Assembly: GCA_041662585.1 (NCBI GenBank)
Contig: JBAZSG010000005.1
Coordinates: forward strand, 68,181 to 132,180
Reading direction: 5' to 3'
Length of the DNA stretch: 64,000 bases
Source: Patescibacteria group bacterium
GTDB taxonomy: Bacteria > Patescibacteriota > Patescibacteriia > UBA1558 > GWA2-36-10
Both the position numbers and the translations under genes were made by a program. Below the pieces are notes generated by a model, which worked only from the letters and a program-made list of their open reading frames with translations, made no database searches and had not been told where the DNA came from. The number at the start of each line of letters is the position of its first letter. Positions within the stretch are counted from its first letter, which is position 1. Below are positions 38,482-47,886 of the stretch, in pieces.

Positions 38482-38558
38482 TGGTGCGCCCAGAGGGATT
38501 CGAACCCCCGACCGTTTGCTTAAAAGGCAACTGCTCTACCAGGCTGAGCTATAGGCGC
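38482..38558 (-). tRNA. tRNA-Lys(TTT)
   Basis: gcgccta...ttgc-ctTTTaa-gcaa...GTTCGAATC...gggcgcaCCA; promoter TTGACA-N17-TATACT at 38586-38614. Confidence 0.92.
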
Positions 38559-38632
38559 TTAGTTAAAATGTAAAATACGGAGATTAGTATATATATTTTT
38601 GTCTATATTGTCAATATAAGCAAATGTTTTAT

Positions 38633-38699
38633 TTGCGAATATCCTGCATTAGATGCGAATTTGCGGAGCAACGGAGCAATCTATGTAGGATGTGAGCAA
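38633..38699 (+). repeat. Structured intergenic element, family A copy 2
   Basis: ttgcga...agatgcgaatttgcggagcaacggagcaatct...gagcaa. Confidence 0.88.
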
Positions 38700-38712
38700 A
38701 AATTAAAGCTTA

Positions 38713-40533
38713 TTACATCACATCTGGAGCTTCAATGCCCAACAAAGCCAAACCATCTTTTAATACTTTTTTTGTAAGTTGAGAAATATTTAGTCTGATT
38801 TGTTTTGTATTTTCATCATCAGCCTTTAAAACACTATGTTGTTGGTAAAAATTATTGTATGTTTTGGCCACATCAAATAAGTATTGAGTCACCAGAGATG
38901 GATTTTGATTGCTAGCTGAATTTTTAATAGTATCTGGAAAAGCTAATAATAATTTAACTAGTTTTTTTTCTTCTTTATTAAAATTGAAGTTTTCTATTTT
39001 AGAGATGTCATTTATTTTGGTAGCCTTTTTTAGCATATTGGATATTCGGGCGTGAGTATATTGTATAAAAGTGCCAGTATAGCCATCAAAAGAAATAGAT
39101 TCAGCTGGTTTGAAAATTATATTTTTTTGAGGATTGGTAGAGAGCATAAAAAATTTAAGAGCTCCAATACCAACAATGCTAGCAATATCTTTGTCTTTCG
39201 CCAAGGCTTTGGACGACACGTCTTTTTGTTTAGTAGAATTATTTATTATTTCTTTGGCTTGATCGATCATAGTAGCTATCAATGCATCAGCATCAGCTGT
39301 TTTTCCTTCACGTGATTTTATTTTTCCACCCGGTAAAGAAATCATACCATATGATAAATGGTAGAGATTTTTGGCCCAGGCATAGCCTAGTTTTTTCAAA
39401 ATTAAAAATAATACTTTAAAATGATATTCTTGTTCATTGCCAACTACATAAATAGCTTGGTCAAATTTAAATTTTTTGTATCTTCTTTTGGCAGTCCCTA
39501 GATCTTGGGTTATATATACTGAAGTACCATCAGAACGGAGAACTAGTTTTTCATCTAGGCCATCACTACTTAGATCTATCCAGACGGAGCCATCTTCTTT
39601 TTTAAAGAAGACTTTTTTCTTTAGACCTTCGGCCACTATATCTTTACCTAGTAGATAAGTATCTGATTCAAAATCTAAATGATCAAATTCAATACCTAAA
39701 TCATGATATGTTTTGTCATAGCCTGTATAGACCCAATCATTCATAGTTTTCCAAAGTTGTTTTATTTGTGGATCATTGTCTTCCCAAGCTAGGAGTATAG
39801 CTCTAGCTTTGTTCATCCACTTGGATTGAGCCAAAAATTCTTCTTCGGCTTTTTTTCTAGTTAGATTATCTAGATTTTCAAGTTTTATATTTTTTGAAGC
39901 ATAATATTTTTCAGCTTCTTCTTTGAGTACTTGTCCAAATTTTACATAATATTTTCCTACTAGATGATCGCCCTTGATGCCAGATGAGCTGGGTGTTTCT
40001 CCATTGGCAAACTCTTGCCAAGCTAGCATGCTTTTTACAATATGAATACCACGATCGTTTATAATATTTACAGCAGTAGTTTTATGACCACTGGCTTTGA
40101 AAATATTTACCAATGCCTGACCAATACAATCGTTTCGGACATGTCCAACATGTTGAGGTTTGTTGGTATTTGGTCCGGAAAATTCAATCAATACTTTTTT
40201 GTTTTGACCATATTTGCTTTGACCAAATTTTTTGTTTTTTGATATTTCAGCAATAGCCTCTTTGATAAAATCATTATTAACAAAAATATTTAAATATGGT
40301 CCAAAGTTTTTTACTTTTCCTATGTATTGATTGGTTTTGTATTTATCAGATAATTCCTTGGCAATACTAGCTGGAGTTTTATTTAGCTTTTTGGCCAAAG
40401 CAAAACAAGGAAAAGCATAATCTCCTAGCTCTTCTTGAGGGGGAATATCTAAATCAAAATCATCTATATTTTCTTGGTAAATAGAGTTTAGATTGAATTT
40501 TATATTTTGTTTGATTTCATTGATTATATCCAT
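38713..40533 (-). CDS. argS: Arginine--tRNA ligase
   Basis: EFSGPNTNKPQHVGH, YITQDLG, KSREG, QYTHAR. Confidence 0.96.
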   Translation of the reverse strand: MDIINEIKQNIKFNLNSIYQENIDDFDLDIPPQEELGDYAFPCFALAKKLNKTPASIAKELSDKYKTNQYIGKVKNFGPYLNIFVNNDFIKEAIAEISKNKKFGQSKYGQNKKVLIEFSGPNTNKPQHVGHVRNDCIGQALVNIFKASGHKTTAVNIINDRGIHIVKSMLAWQEFANGETPSSSGIKGDHLVGKYYVKFGQVLKEEAEKYYASKNIKLENLDNLTRKKAEEEFLAQSKWMNKARAILLAWEDNDPQIKQLWKTMNDWVYTGYDKTYHDLGIEFDHLDFESDTYLLGKDIVAEGLKKKVFFKKEDGSVWIDLSSDGLDEKLVLRSDGTSVYITQDLGTAKRRYKKFKFDQAIYVVGNEQEYHFKVLFLILKKLGYAWAKNLYHLSYGMISLPGGKIKSREGKTADADALIATMIDQAKEIINNSTKQKDVSSKALAKDKDIASIVGIGALKFFMLSTNPQKNIIFKPAESISFDGYTGTFIQYTHARISNMLKKATKINDISKIENFNFNKEEKKLVKLLLAFPDTIKNSASNQNPSLVTQYLFDVAKTYNNFYQQHSVLKADDENTKQIRLNISQLTKKVLKDGLALLGIEAPDVM

Positions 40534-40605
40534 AGGCTTAATTTTACCCTAATTTCAATAAAATTCAAGCTTAAAAGTTTATTTTTTTTATGTTATAATA
40601 TAAAC

Positions 40606-43272
40606 ATGGAAAAAAAAGAAATTGCCTGGCATAATCTGAGTTTAACAAGTATTTTCAAGACCATAAATTCCTCAAAAGATGGACTTGATAGATCAGAAGC
40701 TCATAAAAGGCGAGACAAATTTGGATTAAATGTATTGGCTGAGGCAGCTAAGTTTTCTTTGTTTAAATTATTTTTTTCTCAATTTAAGAGTGCTTTAGTT
40801 TATGTTTTGATTATTGCTAGTGTTATTTCTTTATTTTTTGGTGAATATGTTGATGCTTATGTGATTATGGCGGCAGTTATGATCAATGTTGTTGTTGGTT
40901 TTATTCAAGAATTTAAGGCTAACAAGTCTTTAGAAAAATTAAATAAAATAGTCAAACAAGAAATTATAGTTTTTAGGGATGGTGTAGAAAAAAAAATAGA
41001 ATCAAAATATCTGGTACCAGGAGATATCATAATACTTTCAGCCGGTAATCGAGTGCCAGCTGATATGCGCTTTATAGAAGTAAATAATCTAGAGATAAAC
41101 GAAGCTACACTTACTGGTGAATCTTGGCCAGTTAAAAAAACTTTGGATATTTTACCAGTAGGCACTATTTTGGCTGAGCGTAGCAATATGGCTTTTATGG
41201 GTACTTTGGTAGTAGAAGGCAGAGCCAAGGCAATGGTAGTTGAGACAGGTTTTGCTACTCAAATGGGCAAGATAACTGTGATGCTCAAAGATACCCAAGA
41301 TGAAAAAACTCCTTTACAACAAAAATTAGACAGCTTTGCTAAAAATATCACCAAGTTAGTTGCCATAATTTCAATGGGGCTTTTTGTATTTGGGATTTCT
41401 AAAGGACAAAATTGGGTAGAAATGTTTACAGTAGCAGTGGCAGTAGCAGTCTCAGCTATTCCCGAAGGTTTGGTGATAAGTATGACAATGATTTTGACTG
41501 TTGGTATGCAGAGAATATTGAAACATAATGGTTTGGTGAGACGCTTGGTTTCAGCTGAAACACTAGGCTCTACTACAGTAATTTGTACAGACAAAACTGG
41601 TACACTGACAGAGGGAGAGATGAGGGTCACTAGCATTGTTACCAATAAAATTAAAATTGATTTAGCAACTGGGTCGTTACGTGATTTGAAAACAAACAAA
41701 GAATTTGATTTGATGACTCAGATTGCCTTTTTTTGTAATGACGCTATAGTTCAAAATCCAGAAGCTTCAGGAGAGGATTGGGTGGTGTTGGGTTCTCCTA
41801 CTGAAAAAGCTTTGATGATTTTTGGAGCCAATGATCAATCACTCAAAGATGATAGAAAAAAAATGGAGCGTATTGGAGAGCTTCCTTTTGATCATCAGAG
41901 CAAGTTTATGGTGACTAGGCATAGCTATGATTCCAAAAACGATATTATTTTTATAAAAGGAGCGCCAGAAAGGATTTTGGAATATTCGGATAGTTATTTA
42001 CAAGACAATAAAGCTGTTAAAATCAATGCCTCTAAAAAACAATATTTTGATGAACAATGGCAGACTCTTAGTAAAGGTGGTTTGAGAGTTTTGGCTGGAG
42101 GATATAAATTGATACCCAAAGATTATGATTTGGAAAATTGCAAAGATAATCCACATGCTTTTGTTTTTGTGGGTATTTGGGGATTATCTGATCCACTTCG
42201 TAAAGATGCTAAAAAGAGTTTAGAAGAGACATTAAGGGCTGGTATCAATACAGTTATTATCACGGGAGACAATAAATTTACCGCTAGGAGCATTGCTAAA
42301 GACCTGGGCTTATCTTTTGATGATCATACTATAATAACTGGAGATGAGCTTTTAAAAATGACTGACGATGAGTTGTCTAAGAGAGTTCGAGATATCAAAA
42401 TTTATGCTCGAGTTACACCAAGTGATAAATTAAGAATAATTAAAGCTTGGCAAAGTAAGAGCGAGGTAGTATCTATGACAGGAGATGGAGTAAATGATGC
42501 TCCAGCTTTGAAAGCTGCAGATATTGGAGTAGCGGTATCTAGTGGTTCTGATGTAGCCAAAGAAACAGCTGATCTGGTGTTGTTGGACAATAACTTTAGC
42601 ACCATAGTCATGGCTATTAAACAGGGTCGAGTTATATTTGCCAATTTAAAAAGAGTTATTTTATATTTATTATCTGATAGTTTTTCAGAGATAATTATAG
42701 TATCTGGAGGTTTAATATTACAAATTCCTTTACCTATTCTGGCTGTTCAAATATTGTGGGTTAATTTAATAGACGATGGTTTTCCGGCTCTGGCTTTAAC
42801 TATGGAACCAGAAGATGATAATATAATGAACAAAAAATCTAGAAAGATTAAAAATCTATTGGATTTTGAAGACAAGTTTATGATAGCTATAGTTAGTATC
42901 ATGACTGGTTTGAGTAGCTTGTGGTTGTTTTGGTATTTTTATAACACCACAGGCGATGAAGCTTTGGCTCGTACTGTAACATTTACCTCTCTGGCCATTA
43001 TTACTTTGGTTTATGTTTTTAGTATTAAGGCTTTGGATAAAAATATATTTCAATCAAAACCTTTTCGAAATAAATATTTAAATGGCGCTGTGTTATTGGG
43101 TTTTTTGATGCAGTTGACCGCAGTTTATGTACCATTTTTCAATAAATTTTTACGCACCAAGCCTTTGGGTTGGAAGGAATGGGAAATCATTATTGTTGTT
43201 ATTATAGTCGTATGTGTACTAATCGAGCTTATTAAAGGAGCTTTTATATATTTTCAAAAGAATAATAAATAA
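40606..43272 (+). CDS. P-type ATPase, Ca2+-transporting type IIA-like (start MEKKEI)
   Basis: TGES, IPEGL, DKTGT, TGDGVND. Confidence 0.93.
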   Translation: MEKKEIAWHNLSLTSIFKTINSSKDGLDRSEAHKRRDKFGLNVLAEAAKFSLFKLFFSQFKSALVYVLIIASVISLFFGEYVDAYVIMAAVMINVVVGFIQEFKANKSLEKLNKIVKQEIIVFRDGVEKKIESKYLVPGDIIILSAGNRVPADMRFIEVNNLEINEATLTGESWPVKKTLDILPVGTILAERSNMAFMGTLVVEGRAKAMVVETGFATQMGKITVMLKDTQDEKTPLQQKLDSFAKNITKLVAIISMGLFVFGISKGQNWVEMFTVAVAVAVSAIPEGLVISMTMILTVGMQRILKHNGLVRRLVSAETLGSTTVICTDKTGTLTEGEMRVTSIVTNKIKIDLATGSLRDLKTNKEFDLMTQIAFFCNDAIVQNPEASGEDWVVLGSPTEKALMIFGANDQSLKDDRKKMERIGELPFDHQSKFMVTRHSYDSKNDIIFIKGAPERILEYSDSYLQDNKAVKINASKKQYFDEQWQTLSKGGLRVLAGGYKLIPKDYDLENCKDNPHAFVFVGIWGLSDPLRKDAKKSLEETLRAGINTVIITGDNKFTARSIAKDLGLSFDDHTIITGDELLKMTDDELSKRVRDIKIYARVTPSDKLRIIKAWQSKSEVVSMTGDGVNDAPALKAADIGVAVSSGSDVAKETADLVLLDNNFSTIVMAIKQGRVIFANLKRVILYLLSDSFSEIIIVSGGLILQIPLPILAVQILWVNLIDDGFPALALTMEPEDDNIMNKKSRKIKNLLDFEDKFMIAIVSIMTGLSSLWLFWYFYNTTGDEALARTVTFTSLAIITLVYVFSIKALDKNIFQSKPFRNKYLNGAVLLGFLMQLTAVYVPFFNKFLRTKPLGWKEWEIIIVVIIVVCVLIELIKGAFIYFQKNNK

Positions 43273-43274
43273 TT

Positions 43275-44063
43275 ATGGAAAAGTTTTTTATCAAGAATCG
43301 GTTTAGTCAAAATATCTCGGTTATTTTAGAAGATAATAATAATCCACAAGGACTGGTTTTTATCATGCATGGTTTGGGAGCATCCAAAGACGAATGCTAT
43401 ATGGAAAGATTTGCCAAAGCTTTTCGAGAGAAAAATTTTATTGTGGTGCGTTTTGATAATCGGCACAGCATTGGTGAGAGTGAGGGAAATTATTATGATG
43501 TCAATTTTTCCAATACCTATGAAGATTTGGAAGATGTCATTGCTTGGGCCAAAAAAGAAAAATGGTATAAAGAGCCTTTTGTTTTGGTCGGACATAGTTT
43601 GGGAGCTGGTTGTATCTTGTGGTACAGTGCCAATCATCCCAATGAAGTAGCTGGTCTAGTGCCATTATCAACAGCTATTAGTGGCCAGCAGGCCTTGATG
43701 AGATTTAGAAAATCGGATTTAAGTTTGCCAGCTAAGATGCGACAAGCTTCGCTTAGTTTTAAAGTAATCAAAACATTAAAATGGCGTCAATTTAGGGATG
43801 ATATTTTAAAATACAATATTATTCCTGAAGCGCCAAAATTTGTTATGCCGTTTTTGATGATGGTTGGTGATGAAGATATCAATACGCCACTAGAAGATCA
43901 AAGACAGCTTTATGATTTGGTACCAGAACCAAAAGAAATCCATATTATTAAAGGTGCTGGACATACATTTCGATCGGCTAGTCACTTGGATCAAGCTGAA
44001 GAGATATTGAAAAAATGGATTGATAATACAATTTTGTCCACCAAAGGTGGAGTAAACAAATAA
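43275..44063 (+). CDS. Alpha/beta hydrolase
   Basis: HG, GHSLG, GDED, GAGH. Confidence 0.88.
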   Translation: MEKFFIKNRFSQNISVILEDNNNPQGLVFIMHGLGASKDECYMERFAKAFREKNFIVVRFDNRHSIGESEGNYYDVNFSNTYEDLEDVIAWAKKEKWYKEPFVLVGHSLGAGCILWYSANHPNEVAGLVPLSTAISGQQALMRFRKSDLSLPAKMRQASLSFKVIKTLKWRQFRDDILKYNIIPEAPKFVMPFLMMVGDEDINTPLEDQRQLYDLVPEPKEIHIIKGAGHTFRSASHLDQAEEILKKWIDNTILSTKGGVNK

Positions 44064-44069
44064 AAGAAT

Positions 44070-44100
44070 ACACCACCCATTATAGTTGCTAGGGTGGTGT
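44070..44100. terminator. Hairpin between convergent genes
   Basis: acaccaccc...gggtggtgt. Confidence 0.6.
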
Positions 44101-44126
44101 AGTATTGTTTGGGACTATTGAAGCCC

Positions 44127-44225
44127 CTATTTGTCGTGCCAGCTCTCTCTGTTGCAGGGGCTGGGCTCTTTTCTTTCGGGGTGCTTGATGTCTTTGTTGT
44201 CTTTGGACGTGTTGTCTTTGGACAT
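44127..44225 (-). CDS. 32-aa hydrophilic microprotein MSKDNTSKDNKDIKHPERKEPSPCNRESWHDK
   Basis: GGAG SD, TTGACT-N17-TATGAT promoter (44317-44345), hairpin downstream. Confidence 0.5.
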   Translation of the reverse strand: MSKDNTSKDNKDIKHPERKEPSPCNRESWHDK

Positions 44226-44352
44226 GATGATGTCTCCAATCTCTGATTTTAGGGGTTTATAGAAAAAAAGATTTTTGACTATATTTTTGGAAAGATCAGG
44301 ACTTAAATTTACTGAGATCATAATATTTTTTTATTAAATAGTCAATGCCAAA

Positions 44353-44381
44353 TTGACAAAATAGCAATAAATTGCTAGTAT
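44353..44381 (+). promoter_or_regulatory. Promoter of the leader-tRNA-Asn-cysK unit
   Basis: TTGACA-N17-TAGTAT with extended TG. Confidence 0.7.
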
Positions 44382-44390
44382 ATAAATACT

Positions 44391-44462
44391 ATGAAATATA
44401 TTAAAGTTAACAATTGTTTAAATAATAATAACGGATTTATCAGCCGAGGATTTTTTATATAA
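44391..44462 (+). CDS. Asn-rich leader peptide MKYIKVNNCLNNNNGFISRGFFI
   Basis: 6 Asn codons, 4 in tandem, directly upstream of a terminator and tRNA-Asn. Confidence 0.7.
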   Translation: MKYIKVNNCLNNNNGFISRGFFI

Positions 44463-44487
44463 TATAAAATTACATTTTTAGAGAGTT

Positions 44488-44514
44488 ATCGGCTATACAA
44501 ATAGTCGATTTTTT
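44488..44514 (+). terminator. Attenuator terminator before tRNA-Asn
   Basis: atcggctat-acaa-atagtcgat + T run; agccga (44442-44447) can sequester tcggct. Confidence 0.7.
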
Positions 44515-44519
44515 AATAT

Positions 44520-44594
44520 TCCGGGGTAGTTGAGTGGTACAACGCTACGCTGTTAACGTAGATATCGCAGGTTCGATCCCTGCCCCCGGAGCCA
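44520..44594 (+). tRNA. tRNA-Asn(GTT)
   Basis: tccgggg/ccccgga acceptor, ctacg-ctGTTaa-cgtag, GTTCGA, CCA. Confidence 0.94.
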
Positions 44595-44612
44595 AAAATA
44601 GTAATTATTAAT

Positions 44613-44690
44613 ATGACAAAATATATAATAAAAAATTTGACTTTTTGTTGCAAAGGACAAAATCCGAGAGCATTTTTTTGGTGTTGTTGA
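44613..44690 (+). CDS. Cys-rich leader peptide MTKYIIKNLTFCCKGQNPRAFFWCC
   Basis: Two Cys-Cys pairs, upstream of cysteine synthase. Confidence 0.8.
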   Translation: MTKYIIKNLTFCCKGQNPRAFFWCC

Positions 44691-44715
44691 AATATACATA
44701 AATATCAATCTCAGC

Positions 44716-44737
44716 TCTCGGGAAACCGAGATTTTTT
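44716..44737 (+). terminator. Attenuator terminator before cysteine synthase
   Basis: tctcgg-GAAA-ccgaga + T6; ccgagagc (44664-44671) pairs with gctctcgg (44714-44721). Confidence 0.8.
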
Positions 44738-44756
44738 ATTATTAATAATTATAAAT

Positions 44757-45647
44757 ATGATTTATCAAAATATATTAGCTACAATTGGCAATACACCATT
44801 GGTAAAAATAAATAAGCTGAATAAAAATAAAAAAGTTAACATATATATTAAATTAGAAGGACAAAATCCTGGTGGCTCGATTAAAGATAGAATAGCCATA
44901 GCAATGGTTGAAGCCGCAGAAAAAACTGGTGAATTAACCAAAGATAAAACAATAATTGAAGCAACTTCTGGTAATACGGGTATTGGACTAGCTATGGTGG
45001 CTGCTTTTAAAGGTTATAGAGCTACATTTATTATGTCTGAGGCTATGAGTGAAGAAAGAAAAAAAATAATTGAATCTTTTGGGGCAAAAATTATATTTAC
45101 ATCTAAAAATGGAGGCACAGATGGTGCTATAGTCAAAGCACAGGAAATATTGAAAGCTGAGCCTGAAAAATATTGGATGCCCAATCAATTTGTTAATATG
45201 GAGAATCCCAAAGCGCATTATCAGACAACAGCCGAAGAGATATTAAGAGATATGCCAACCATCACTCATTTTATTGTTGGTATAGGTACATCTGGTACTA
45301 TGACTGGTGTTGCTAGACGTTTGCGTGAATATAATCCAAAGATTAAAATAATTGCCGTTGAGCCATTACCTGGACATAAAGTTCAGGGATTAAAAAATAT
45401 GAAGGAGGCTATAGTACCTAAAATATATAATCCTAAGAATTATGATGAAAAAATTAGTGTTGAAGATCAGGTTGTTTACAAAACGGTAAAAAAAATGGTA
45501 AAAAAGGAAGGAATTTTTGTTGGTATGAGTTCTGGAGCGGCTATTTATGTAGCTCTTAAAATGGCAGAAAAATTAAAATTTGGCGATTTGGTAGCCATTG
45601 CTCCAGATAGGGGAGATAAATATATAAGTACCAATTTATTTAATTAA
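44757..45647 (+). CDS. cysK: Cysteine synthase (CysK/CysM family)
   Basis: NPGGSIKDR, EATSGNTG, GTSGT, GMSSG. Confidence 0.9.
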   Translation: MIYQNILATIGNTPLVKINKLNKNKKVNIYIKLEGQNPGGSIKDRIAIAMVEAAEKTGELTKDKTIIEATSGNTGIGLAMVAAFKGYRATFIMSEAMSEERKKIIESFGAKIIFTSKNGGTDGAIVKAQEILKAEPEKYWMPNQFVNMENPKAHYQTTAEEILRDMPTITHFIVGIGTSGTMTGVARRLREYNPKIKIIAVEPLPGHKVQGLKNMKEAIVPKIYNPKNYDEKISVEDQVVYKTVKKMVKKEGIFVGMSSGAAIYVALKMAEKLKFGDLVAIAPDRGDKYISTNLFN

Positions 45648-45683
45648 TTTAAACATTAGATTTGTGCTATAATTAATCAATCT

Positions 45684-47444
45684 ATGAAATATTTAACCAA
45701 GCAGACATTTAAAGTTTTTTGGAAAAACTCATTAAAATATAAATGGGCTCTTTTTATTATGCTGTTATCTATCATCATAGCTTCACTTGGTAGTATTATA
45801 GCGCCGTTGTATTATAAAGATTTTTTTAATATTTTGAGTATCACAGATACCAGTATTGATAGGGTAGCGATGCTTAAAGTGACCTTGATGAAAGTACTGG
45901 CTATACATTTTATTTCTTGGATTTTTTGGAGAGCGGCTACTTTTTTATCAAGTTATTTTCAAACACATGGTATGGCAGATTTATTGAACTCTTCTTTTGC
46001 TTATCTACACAAACATTCTATTTCTTTTTTTAATAATAATTTTGTTGGTTCACTGGTAAAAAAAGTAAATAGATTTTCTAGAGCGTTTGAAGTAATAACA
46101 GATTTGTTATTTTGGGATTTGTTGCCAACATTTATAAATGTATTTTTGATTATTATAGTACTGGGTAAACGAAATATATTTTTGGGTCTGGGTATTTTAC
46201 TTTGGACGCTTATATACTTGTTGATAAACTATTATTTTTCTATTTACAAATTAAAATATGATGTAGAGAGAGCTCAGCTCAATTCCAAAGTAACTGGAGT
46301 ATTGGCCGACACTATTACCAATCATTTAAATTTGAAATTATTTACAGGTTATGATAGAGAAAAAAAAGGTTTTGAAGAAATAAATAGTCAATATCAAAAG
46401 TTGCATCTTTTTACTTGGAATTTGGCCAATTATTTTGAAGCTGGGCAGGCATTACTCATGATGATATTGGAAATTGGTGTAATGTATTATTCTATTTCTT
46501 TGTGGCAAAAAGGTATTATAGATGTCGGAGAATTTGTCTTAATTCAAACTTATTTAGTCAGTATTATCATGCGTTTATGGAATTTTGGTCGGATTATTAG
46601 AAAATATTATGAAGCCATGGCTGATGCTGAAGAAATGACCGAAATACTGGAAACTCCTCATGAAATAAAAGATGTAAAAAATGCCAAGATTTTGAAAGTA
46701 TCAGGGGGCAAGATAGAATTTAAAGAAGTAGATTTTTCTTACAACAAAACTCGTAAGATAATTTCGGATTTTAATTTAAATATCAAGGCCAAAGAAAAAA
46801 TAGCTTTAGTGGGTGCTTCTGGTTCTGGTAAAACAACAGTAGTAAATCTACTACTTAGAAATTATGATATTGATAGTGGCAAAATATTAATAGATAATCA
46901 AAAAATAATCAGTGTTACTCAAGATTCTTTGTGGCAAAACATAGCTTTGGTTAATCAAGATCCAGTTTTATTTCATCGAACATTAAAAGAAAATATTAGC
47001 TATGGCAAATCAAATGCTAGTGATAATGAAATTATGAAGGCAGCCAAATTGGCTCATGCTCATTCTTTTATAGAAAGTTTTCCTGAAAAATATGAAACAT
47101 ATGTTGGGGAAAGAGGAGTCAAATTGTCTGGTGGTGAAAGACAACGCATTGCTATTGCTCGGGCTATCTTAAAAAATGCTCCTATTTTGATATTGGATGA
47201 GGCTACATCATCTTTGGATTCAGAATCAGAAGAATTGATTCAAGATGCTTTGGCCAACTTGATGAAAAATAAGACCGTTATAGTCATTGCTCATAGATTG
47301 TCTACTATTATGAAAATGGACAGAATTATTGTTTTTGATGGTGGACAAATAGTTGAGCAAGGTACTCACAAAGAATTGATTACTAAAAAGCAAGGATTAT
47401 ACAGTAGGCTTTGGAAAAAACAGGTAGGTGGTTTTATTGCTTAA
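45684..47444 (+). CDS. ABC exporter, fused TMD-NBD
   Basis: GASGSGKT, LSGGERQR, ILDEATS, AHRLST. Confidence 0.93.
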   Translation: MKYLTKQTFKVFWKNSLKYKWALFIMLLSIIIASLGSIIAPLYYKDFFNILSITDTSIDRVAMLKVTLMKVLAIHFISWIFWRAATFLSSYFQTHGMADLLNSSFAYLHKHSISFFNNNFVGSLVKKVNRFSRAFEVITDLLFWDLLPTFINVFLIIIVLGKRNIFLGLGILLWTLIYLLINYYFSIYKLKYDVERAQLNSKVTGVLADTITNHLNLKLFTGYDREKKGFEEINSQYQKLHLFTWNLANYFEAGQALLMMILEIGVMYYSISLWQKGIIDVGEFVLIQTYLVSIIMRLWNFGRIIRKYYEAMADAEEMTEILETPHEIKDVKNAKILKVSGGKIEFKEVDFSYNKTRKIISDFNLNIKAKEKIALVGASGSGKTTVVNLLLRNYDIDSGKILIDNQKIISVTQDSLWQNIALVNQDPVLFHRTLKENISYGKSNASDNEIMKAAKLAHAHSFIESFPEKYETYVGERGVKLSGGERQRIAIARAILKNAPILILDEATSSLDSESEELIQDALANLMKNKTVIVIAHRLSTIMKMDRIIVFDGGQIVEQGTHKELITKKQGLYSRLWKKQVGGFIA

Positions 47445-47524
47445 TAGCTTAGTTGACTTTTTATAAATATTATGTTATATTAGCTAGAATTTGAAACAAT
47501 AACCCATAAGTAAAGGATTACAAG

Positions 47525-47776
47525 ATGAAGCGTTATTGGATCAAAAGGGGTTCTTTTGCTTGGCAAGAGGTAAGTCGGTCAGAATTTGCTGCTGCTGAAA
47601 AAGAGGCTGGATTTTATCCCGGCCCAAATGATGGTGACTTGGTCAGTAATGGTTTTTGCTCAAATTCCGTCGCCGACGGAACGCGCATCACAGGAAGGAT
47701 CACCAATGGGGAGATAAGTAAAAAAAAGTATGGCTTTGATCAAGAATTTTTGAGAATAGCCCTACAAAAAAAATAA
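47525..47776 (+). CDS. 83-aa orphan protein
   Basis: Promoter TTGACT-N17-TATATT (47453-47481), AAGGA SD, terminator about 47799-47828. Confidence 0.6.
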   Translation: MKRYWIKRGSFAWQEVSRSEFAAAEKEAGFYPGPNDGDLVSNGFCSNSVADGTRITGRITNGEISKKKYGFDQEFLRIALQKK

Positions 47777-47886
47777 GCACAAAAAAGCTTAAAATATCAA
47801 CGGAGTGTATTAACTTGCACTCCGTTTCTGTTTGTAGATTTTTTTGTTAGTTTATTGTATAATACAAGTATATTAAATCATCTAGA

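Noticed and set aside
43991-44239. 82-aa minus-strand ORF
   Set aside because: Runs through the terminator into the hydrolase gene; the SD fits the 32-aa frame better
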